Source of the DNA: Cycas panzhihuaensis
Taxonomy: Eukaryota > Plantae > Cycadophyta
NCBI GenBank assembly: GCA_023213395.1
Contig: CM041465.1
Span: 170,321,741 to 170,385,740, forward strand
Direction of reading: 5' to 3'
Length of the DNA: 64,000 nucleotides
Positions within the stretch are counted from its first letter, which is position 1. Each line of letters opens with the position of its first letter. Below are positions 54,290-64,000 of this stretch, piece by piece. The notes under the pieces are model-generated. The model was not told where the DNA came from and made no database searches. It saw only the letters and a program-made list of their open reading frames with translations. The position numbers were made by a program, and so were the translations under genes.

Positions 54290-56230
54290 TCCATAAGCTA
54301 GTTTACACTTATCACAAGGTATAACTAATTTATGTTCATCATGAAGTATCAACTAATTTATAATTATTATAGAGTTTAATGTAGTTTAACCCCATAACAA
54401 AGGCTAGTTATTCTATACTCATTACATAGTGTAGCTAGATTATATTTGTGGTAGAGCATGTGTCCTAAACATCATGTTGAAAAAGGGGATATTATAGTTT
54501 TTTATCTTTACAAAGTATCAACTAATTTATACCCATCATAGAGAGTCAACTACTCTAGACTCATCGCATAGTATCTTCTAGTTTATACTCATCACAAAGT
54601 TGTAATTAGTTTATACTCATTAAAAAGTTTCAATGCCACCAAGCAATTCACTTGAGGGGGCTTATAGTTTATCCTCATCAGAAAGAGTGGGTGATAGCTT
54701 ATACTTATGCTAGAGTTTCACTTAGTTTATACTCTTGAGAAGCCTATTAAGTTATTTTTTATTTACATGTGTCTAGCATTTTTACATTTCATGTAATTTT
54801 ATTTCATATGATAACATGTATTTTTTTAACACATGTAACATATATGCTTTTGTTTTGTACGATACTATACAATTGGTGCATGCATAGAGACCAAATATTG
54901 TGCCCCTTTGTGTTGTTTGATAATAGTCTTACATGGCCATTGATATTTTGTATACCACATACACATGATATTATGTAGAACTCAACAAGTTGATAGAGCA
55001 TTTAAAAGTAGATCCCATTTTAGAGTGTATTTTTGGTATTTTTATTTTTTTGGAAGATAATTTTATAAATAGTATATCCAAGAAGTTTGTATTCATCACA
55101 AAGTGTCCAATTAGTTTATATTCATTATAGAGTGTAAGGCCCAATTTTAGCTCATTGAGGAGTTTCAATTAGTTTATACTTTGTACAGTGTAGTGCCTTC
55201 AAATGCATATCTTAGGGATATGTAGTTTATACTCATTTTAAAATATAATCTACTTTATACTCATCATGAAGTTTAGTACCCCCAAACTATTAGCTTAAGG
55301 GGAACCATAGTTTATAGTCTTTTTGGAGTTTATGTTTTTCCATATTTTTAGATTTCTCTTTTTTCCTTTTTTTTTTTTATGGTTTGGAGGGGATAATATG
55401 TACATGATGATTTATACTCCTGATAGAGTATCAACTAGTTTAAACTCATTGTGGAATGTAATCCTAGTTTAGACATGTAGACGAGTATAATTAGTTTAAA
55501 CTCATTATAGAGTTTGGATTATTTACCCTCATTTCGGAGTCTCAATAGTTTGTCCTCATTTTCAAGCAAGGTCTCTTGAGTCATTGCCTTGTAGGCCAAT
55601 GTGCCCCCTTAAGTTGTGAAGGGAATCTTACATTGGTCATCAAGAGTGATTTGGTTTTGGTTGTATTATGAGAACTATCTAATAAAAATATCACCTCTAA
55701 ACCCACCATCTTATAGACAACATGATCGATGAATGGTAAAGGGATATTATCCTAAGGCATAACCTCTAGGATAGTCACAACATGGTAAGTGATAATATCA
55801 AGATTGATGCCCCTTATAGTAGTGTGACCCTAAGGGAATACATGTATTGCAGCCTTTCATTAGGAGTCAGATCACTATAGTTTATCCTCTTTAGTAGTTG
55901 GTGGTTTATAGATAACTTAGTTTAGCCTTACTAGCAAGAACTTCAAAGATATGACTAGCATAATTTAGTCATGTTAGTGATTGATGGTTTAGAGGAGGCC
56001 ACCCTAATTTAACTTCATTGGGAAGAACTTTAGAAATATGACCACAATAGTTTAGCCTCATTAATGATCAATGGTTTGGAAGAATGATTTTATTAGGAAT
56101 GGGATCACCATAGTTAACCTCCTTAGTGATTGATGGTTTTAAAGAATGAACACGTCTTGATACTCTTTAAAGAGCTTTGTGTGCTATGGAATTACATTAC
56201 AAGTTAGATCTTAATAGCTTAACCTCACCG
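54290..56230. repeat. Degenerate short-period arrays (TAGTTTATACTCAT-type, then ATAGTTTAGCCTC-type), probably the 3' non-coding region of an Ogre/Tat-like element
   Basis: The motif recurs more than ten times at 54290-55560, and a related motif recurs at 55860-56230. Confidence 0.55.
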
Positions 56231-56899
56231 ATTGGTGGTTCAAATGGTTATTAGAGGTGCTACTAGCTAGGTGTTCAAGAAGTGCCTTGTGATTTTTAAA
56301 ATAATCAACAATGAGGATGGTTTTGTATTTAATATGAAATACAAGAGGTGGATCAAGATTATTCTAAAAGGCCCATCTTATAAATCTTAAAGGATTCCTC
56401 TAAAGAGTCATCCTAGTGCCAAGGCTAAATGCCCTAGAAAGGGAACTCAGTGGAGTCAATGTTTAGATAAAATGGAGGCTTAGAGGCCTTATGTATAGAA
56501 TCAAAGAGAGGATTATATTATACAAACTCATCATAAGATATAAAAGAATTGAAATCATAGTCAGGCATAAGAGGGGTCCAAGGCAAGGAGATCTAAATAA
56601 CGATAGGGTTGGTTAGCCTCAAAATATGGCCAAGCATACCCACAATCCATATAGGATTATCCTCTCCATCAGACTTGGGATCAATAAGGATATCAATATA
56701 TCCATAGTGCCCCACACTAATGGGTGCAAAGTAGATTATACCTCACTTCAAATGAGCAAAATCGTGATCAAATTTGAGTTCTCCTTATTAAAAAGTATAT
56801 GATTATATTATCTCCTCCAAATATGATTTTCATGGCTAGTTGGTGATCATGGTAGCCCCAGTATTAATGGTTAAATATATAAACTCACTCATCATAGAA

Positions 56900-57190
56900 A
56901 ATTTTGAGCTGACCCTCAAAGTATGAGAAAATAGCTCCCATTTAGTTTAGCCATGGTCTCCCCAAGAGTAGATTGTGGTCCACATCAATATCAAAGATAA
57001 TAATTTCTACTAGAAGAGTTTCATCTTCAAGAGTGAAAAGGATGGTGATTATTCCCATGGAAGATTTGATGCTCCCATCATATCGTTGACACTTACATAG
57101 AACATGCCCAAGAGTGTTAATACCTAGCTCTTTGAGTATCTTAGCTAGCATGGCATTAATGGAGGACCCTCAATCAATAACTATTTTCTC
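56900..57190 (-). pseudogene. Ty3/gypsy (Ogre/Tat-like) aspartic protease remnant
   Basis: ID*GSSINAMLAKILKELG...HNLLLGRPWL. Confidence 0.75.
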
Positions 57191-57193
57191 TAG

Positions 57194-60100
57194 TATGCAA
57201 TTTGGAGTCTCTATAATGATGAAAGAAGATGTTAGGCCCTCTCTTCGAGGGGAGGGGGCTTAGTAGGATTGAAGATGATAAGGGGTTCTTTTGTGGGTTT
57301 TACTCTAACTACATTGAGGTCCCATAACTCTAAGGCATCGAGAAGTAGTTACTTTTGGTCTAGGTAACTTTTAAATATTCCCATTATGCTCATGCTTATT
57401 GAAATAATCTGTATCTATTTAATTATAGAGAAGGATTTCCCTTTCCCTATAGGTTACAATAATACTCTCCTAAGGTCAAAGCATCTTCAATGAATATGAA
57501 TTATTTTTAGAAGCTCAAGAACCTCATGAGGTGGAGGGCTAGAAGATAATGCATCCTTTACTTACTTCCTTATTTAGGATGTTATCATAGTGAAGGCACC
57601 AGATGCCTCAAGTATATATATCAGATATTTTCCTTTTGCATCATAACATAAGTTGAATTCCTTCCACTCTACTTGGAGACTAGCATCGGTTGAGTCTATT
57701 GAGTTAATAGTTTTAACTATAGTACTACATCAAGCACCCATTAGATGCTAGTGCACAAACTAATGGGATAACTATAACACTATATTAGGCACCCACTTAT
57801 CAAGTATGTAATTTGGAGTTTCTATGGTGCTAAAAATTGATGATAGAAGATGTTAGGCCCTCTCCTTGAGGGGAGGAATCTTAGTAGGGTTGAAGGTGAT
57901 GAGGGGTGGTTATGCGAGTTTTACCTTAATTACATTGAGGTCCTATAACTCTAGGGCATTAAGGAGTAGTTGCTTATGTTCTGGGTAACTTTTAAAGATA
58001 TCCATCATGGTCATGCTTATTGAAATAATACATATCTCTTTAATTATAAAGAAGGCTTTCCATTTCCCCATAGCTTAGGATAATACTCTCCTAAGGTAAA
58101 ATCATCCTCAATGAATCAGAATTATTTTTGGAAGATTAAGAACCTCATTAGGTGGAGGGTCGAAAGATGATGCACCCTATGCTAGCTTCCTTATTTGGGA
58201 TGTCATCAAAGTGAAGGCATTAGATGCCTCAAGTATATTTATCATGCATTTTCCTTTTGCATCATAACAGAAGGTGAATTCCTTCCACTATGCTTAGAGA
58301 CTAGCATTAGTTAATTTTGTTGAGTTGATAGTTTAAACTATAACACAGCATTAGGAAGCCACTAAACGCATAGTGGATAAACTAAATGGGTTAACTATAA
58401 CACTACATCAGGTACCCACTTAATGATTATGCAATTTGGAGTCTCTATGGTGATGAAAATTGATGATAAAAGATGTCAGGCTATCTCCTTGAGGGGAGGG
58501 GGCTTAATGGGGTTGAAGGTGATGAGAGGTTATTATGTAGGTTTTACCCTAATTACATTGAAATACCATAACTTTAAGGTATCGAAGAGTAGTTGCTTCT
58601 AGTTTGGGTAACTTTTAAAAGTATCCATCATGCTCATGCTTATTGAAATAATTTGTATCATTTTAATTATACAGAAGGTTTTCCCTTTCCCCATAGGTTA
58701 GGGTAATGCTCTCCTAAGGTCAAAGCATCCTTGATGAATAAGAATCATTTTTGGAAGCCTAAGAACCTCATGAGGAGGGTTGGAAGATGATTCACCCTCT
58801 ACTAACTTCCTTATTTGGAATGTCATCACAACGAAGGCATGGGATTCCTCAAGTATATGTATCGCATGTTTTCCTTTTGCATCATAACATAAGGCAAATT
58901 CCTTCCACTCTACTTAGAGACTAGCATTAGTTAAGTTTGTTGAGTTGATAGTTTTAACTGTAGAACTACATTAGTCACTTACTTATGCATGAAGACAACT
59001 CAACAAACTAAATGCTTAGAAACACACTCTTAGCATTGCTCAATATCTTTTCAAATGATTTTTAATATTATGAATGAATTTAATATGTTACAAGAATTTC
59101 AATATAATATGCTACCATACATTACATCACATTAAAAATGTCAAGATACTAAGCTTGTTAAACTTTGAAAATTCTTCTATATATCAAGAAGCCTATTCTC
59201 ACTTTCCCTTCTATCTCTTAGTTGTGTTCCTTTTCCAACTTCTTTTTCTCCTCAAAGTCCCCTTTCAAGATGTTGCTTCTTCCTTTTATATAGACTATTA
59301 TAACAAGCATCTTTCCTTCCAATGAGTGAGGTTGATCATCCATTAATTACCTTCTACAAGTACCAAAATTAATCTTCTGTGTAGGATGAAAGAGGTAGGT
59401 AAAATTGAGCTTTCCTAATTGTCCAGTATGAGAATCTATGAGTAGCTTCACCAGTTATACAATTAATTGAGCTATATATGATGTTCCCACCTTTAAGTTA
59501 TTGCCTAATGAAAGGGTTTATAACTTACATCCTCAAAAACTTGTAATTTGGAGTCTCTATGGTGATGAAAAATGATGAAAGAAGATGCTAAGCCCTTTCC
59601 TCGAGGGGAGGGAGCTTGTTAGAGTTGAAGGTGATGAGGGGTTGTTATGTAGGTTTTACCCTAATTACATTGAATTCCCATAACTCTAGGGCATTAAGGA
59701 GTAGTTCCTTCTAGTATGTGTAACTTATGAAGATATCCATCATGCTCATGCTTATCAAAATAGCATGTATCTCTTTAATAATGCTTACATCTTTTTAAAT
59801 GATTTTCAATATTATGAATGAATTCAACATGTTACAAGCATTTCAATATAGTATGCTACTATACATTATATCACATTAAAGAATGTCAAGATACTAAGCA
59901 TGTTAAACTTTGAAAATCCTTCTATGTATCAAAATCCTACTCTTACTTTTCCTTCTATCTCTTAGTTGTGTTCCTTTCTCAACTCCTCCTTTTTCATCCC
60001 CATAGTCCCCTTCTAAGATGTTGCTTCTTCCTTTTATATATACAATTGTAACAAGAGTCTTTCCTTCCAATAAGTGAGGTTGGTCATCCATTAATTATCT

Positions 60101-60290
60101 TGTACGAGTACCAAAATTAATACTTCTATGCAAGATGAAAGATATAGGTAAAATTAAACTTCCTTATTGTCTAATATGGACATCTGTGAGCAACTTCACT
60201 AGTTATGGAATTAACTAAGCTATAAACGACGTTCCCCCCTTTAAGTTATTACTTAATGAAATGGGTTATAGCTTACATCCTCAAAAACTT
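57194..60290 (-). repeat. Tandem segmental duplications A-A-A-B-A'-B inside the retroelement gag/protease region
   Basis: A units start at 57194, 57805, 58428 and (partial) 59542. B units at ~59043-59541 and ~59787-60290. Confidence 0.9.
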
Positions 60291-60924
60291 ATAATAATTT
60301 TCTCAAACTTATCTTCTTATGAGGCCTTCATCTATGAGTTCTCTAATGCTTACCACACATCCCTTAATCCAATGGTCACTATTAAGTCATAATTTTACTT
60401 ACCTTATGAATTTTCACTTGCACATTCTAAGTTATAAAACCTTCTATTCCTTCCATGTGTGGCTTCTTATATTTTTATGAGTTGCAAGTCTCAAGTTGTC
60501 TTCTCTACTTACACTTATAACTTTTCTTTAATGGTGGCTTCCTTCTAACCCATAGTATGTGAGATGCAAGTTATAAGAATTTCCCTCATAAATTTCCAAC
60601 TCCATTTTTTCTAAGTCTTCTTACTAATGTACATTATATACATAAGGATGCTCCTACATCAATGCCCCTTAAGGATATATCAAGTAATATAGGGCCCTAA
60701 AAGGATTAAGTTAGCTGGGAAATGCCCTTAACTAAGTAAGAAACTAATAGATGGAGAGGAGGACCTCCATTGGTAGGCATGCTCTATGGGCATGCTTGCT
60801 AAGAGGAGTTAGAATAGATATCTAAGTATAATCTATGCAAATAAGTGACACCTATCCATGGACCCTGGGTAGCTTAAGGAGGATATGTGGCCCTTCCATA
60901 CATAGGCACTCCTTGTGGAAGAGT

Positions 60925-62060
60925 TGTTGGGGTTAATGCTCATCACCCTACTCCCACCTTCTAACTAGGAGTGCACACATCACTCTCATCAATTTACACA
61001 TGCGGGTACTCACATGTGTAGGTAAGTATAAAGTAAGGTTGATTTAATTTAGGTTAATTTGAGTTAAGTTATTATTTTATTATTGTTTGAAGTTTAAGAG
61101 TTAAGGAGTTTCCCTCCTCCTCCAAACTATATATTTTGAGGGATGTTCAACCCTGGTGTCTTTAGACACTGCCTACTTTTGGACATTTATAATACTCTCT
61201 CTACAACAATGGATTGAATACAAAGCTCTTATGTTTATGCAACAATGATATATTGGTCTATGATTATTTGTTTATGTTCTATTATGTTCTCCATCACCAT
61301 TATTTTCCTACATTTGGTATCAGAGTTTGGTTTTAGCTCCTTCATCTAGTATCAGAGCAAGAAGATCTGTTAGTATTTTACTAGCCTCTTGAAGTTTTTG
61401 TGAAAAGCAAGAAGATTTATTGATATCTATAGCAGATCTACTCACAAGCAAGAAATATTGGTTATATTTATTTTCTACAAAGTTTTTTTAGTAGTTTCCT
61501 ACATTATTTTTTATCAGATTTGATTATTCTTGAAGATATACTTGTGATATAACAAACATATTTTAGATGTTTTTTTAGATTTGTGCAAGTGCATAGCTAC
61601 AAATAGTAAATATCAAGCTTTTATCATTCTATAGAGGTTTGATTAACAAGTTTTATATATTATTTGACCTTTTTCAAGCATATTTTTGTCTATTTATCTA
61701 ATATTTTTTCAGATTTGTGTAGGAGCATAACTACAAGCAATATTTATTCAAAGATTTTCTTTAGATATGCTATATATTTTTTAGATCTGCTTATTTTATT
61801 AATTATTTCACTATTTTTTTGTTTATTTATTTCAGATCTACAATATTTGCTTTAGATCTATAATATTAGCTACAGATCTGTAATATCTACTCTAGATCTG
61901 TAATACTTACTTCATATCTGTAATATTTATTCAAGGTTTCTTTCAGATCTGTATATTTTATCATATATTTGACCATTTTTTCAAGTTCTTTTTTATATTT
62001 ATAAGTTTTAGTACATATTCATCCCAACAAGCCATATAATATAGCAGATCTGCCTACTGG
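60925..62060 (+). mobile_element. 5' LTR (60925-61344, including one extra PBS unit), PBS 61345-61358 and AGATCT-rich non-coding interior
   Basis: Same family as 246-624. ...CCTACA TTTGGTATCAGAG...CTTCA TCTAGTATCAGAGC. ~21-bp AGATCTGTAATAT repeats at 61840-61950. Confidence 0.8.
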
Positions 62061-62488
62061 AGAAATATGTTTGAAACTTTGATTTATGTGGAAGAAGATC
62101 TCATCTTTGAAAGTCAACCTACTACAAATTTGCTACAGTTGCTTACTAGTTTCTTTATATTTTTTTTTATATTTAAACGCACACACACATACACAGATAT
62201 ATATATATATATATATCATGGTTCTTTGATATATCTACTCCAACATATTTAACATACTTCATATATAAATATACATGCATTTTATTTATTTGATATATTT
62301 CTATCAATATATTTAAAATTTTTCTGGTTTCATTTGTGGCTCTATTAAATCACCAGTTTTTTCTTTTTTTTTAAATATAAATTTTCTAAAATATTTCTTC
62401 TGTGATATATATATTCATTTTCAACCGAAAAAACTCAACATTTTTTTTTTTTTTTGTATAAATAAGTATTTTTTGAAATATTCCTTCG

Positions 62489-62701
62489 TTATGATCCTTC
62501 ATTTCCCATATTGAGCAGCCATTGGCTCATAATCAAATCCTTTTTTAGTTGGATTAGTACATCCATTTTCTTTTTCTGTTGCAATTGCTCTACTAGTTCC
62601 TTTATGCTTGGATCATTGAGTAGGCCTGATATTATAGAAAAATCAAACAGATTTATTGAAATTACTACATCCTTCTCATTTCTTTGATATTTTGGTATCA
62701 T
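62489..62701 (-). pseudogene. Fragment resembling the N-terminal region of plant ankyrin-repeat protein AKR2
   Basis: NLFDFSIISGLLNDPSIKELVEQLQ resembles the AKR2A/B segment PFDFSAMSGLLNDPSIKELAEQ as recalled from memory. No ankyrin repeats present. Confidence 0.55.
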
Positions 62702-63102
62702 TATATATAATTTTTTGGTAAAAGAACTCTATAAAAATTTCTATAAATAGGATCGCCAAGAGAAATGATTTCGTGAAGATATTCATTGTGAGGATACTAA
62801 CTAGCTCTTGCAAAAGATATAAAAATAAAAACCCATATTATTAAGCAGCTCTCTCCCCCATGAAATGATCTAAGCATTCACTAGTAGGACCAAAAAAATA
62901 TAAATATAAATATAAACAGGCTACTAGAGTATCAATCTTCAGCTTAATTGAATAACATAGATTCTCTGGTTAGAGAGTCCACAAGAAATAGAAGCAAGTC
63001 CACTAACCAAGCTATTAAGTACATGGAAGATAAACAAAGAGCAAAGACAAGAACCAGATGCCTATAATCCCCATCAAGGCAAGTACTGATAAAGCGTGAT
63101 GC

Positions 63103-63583
63103 TTAGTCAATCACATTATATTCCTGCATCACAACTGGGAAGGCAATAAAGGTCTCAATGGACTTGAAACCAAAAGGTCTAGTTATCCTCACATCAGAGT
63201 TGATTCCATTGTTGTCAGTTAAGAAAACGGGGTCGTGGTTACTGCTAGTGGGAATATTGCAAGGTGTAGGGCTGCTCAGTGTAACTGCCTCACAAAGCTC
63301 ATGAGAATGATCACCCTTGTAAGGGATCCTAAATGTCCTAATAGCATTGGTCTCTTCTTTGATATAGGACAATAGCTTTCCAACATGATCCTTACACTGT
63401 ATAGCAACCTTAACACCAGATATATAGGTGGAGACCCTGGTGGCGTCATCTAGGTTCAAATTGAAGACCCTGGTGATGAACCCAGCAGCTCAGGTATCAC
63501 GATAAACTTGCCCCCATAAGCTACAATAACTAACGCTTATCGTATAAAAGATTGCCCTTATTAACCAAAGAGCATAGTTACAT
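63103..63583 (-). pseudogene. Pollen Ole e 1 allergen/extensin family (LAT52/Ole e 1-like) pseudogene
   Basis: GQVYRDT*AAGFIT (family motif G.VYCDTCRAGFET), STYISGVKVAIQCK, GDHSHELCEA, LSSP..CN.P, LTDNNGINSDVR, PFGF. Hydrophobic leader with an out-of-frame ATG at 63583. Stop at 63490-63492. Confidence 0.88.
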
Positions 63584-64000
63584 TAACAAACTAGCGACTG
63601 ACCCTCGCTCACAAATAGATATTCCTGTAAAATATACAAATATTAACTTCATTTTTCATCATATATAAAAGTCAAACCCCGTCTTGCACCTTAACACCAT
63701 TAGGGATTGCACGAACATTCAGGACTCAAACAAAATAATTTAACATAGGCATCCATACCTACCATACAATCCTCAACTCCCTCGGTCGAAGCACAATCTG
63801 CTGCACTTCAACAGATCTGTTTCTCCCCCGAGTAGCGGAAGCTCTGACATTTCCTTGAGGCCGCCTCCATCCTTCGTGCTCTGCGTGACAGGTATGCGCA
63901 TGGTGACTGTGACAGTGAGGTGCAGCAAGTGGCAACACACAACGAACATTCATGGCGGCATCTGTTGATTCAAATATTCTTTAGTTTTTTATATTTTTTT

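Noticed and set aside
63759-63953. 64-aa His-rich ORF as a protein-coding gene
   Set aside because: No recognisable family in any frame. More likely UTR or leader sequence.

Overview
AT-rich, heavily CG/CHG-depleted plant nuclear DNA. A gymnosperm-like large genome is inferred but not proven. Most of the window is nested LTR-retrotransposon debris, and many elements can be delimited exactly by TG..CA ends, PBS/PPT and 5-bp target-site duplications. These are: a gag-only copia derivative (3074-5814); a 3-level nest at 7101-19689 that includes a young chromovirus-type Ty3/gypsy element with its whole RT domain deleted in frame (8758-15165); a full-length degenerate copia (25954-34287) carrying a solo LTR; two further copia remnants; a gag-protease-only gypsy (49203-53197); and Ogre/Tat-like remnants with tandem duplications. 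Host-gene content is limited to a disrupted non-RD LRR-XII receptor kinase (35465-37332, minus), an Ole e 1-like pseudogene (63103-63583, minus) and a small AKR2-like fragment. The most unusual recurring signal is that several unrelated LTR families carry extra tandem copies of the tRNA-iMet primer-binding site plus a new U5-like tip inside the LTR itself. The clearest case is four copies in a TSD-bounded solo LTR at 44823-45416. There is also a spacer-less ~226-bp palindrome at a rearrangement junction (39582-39970). All calls come from reading the sequence by eye; no searches were run.
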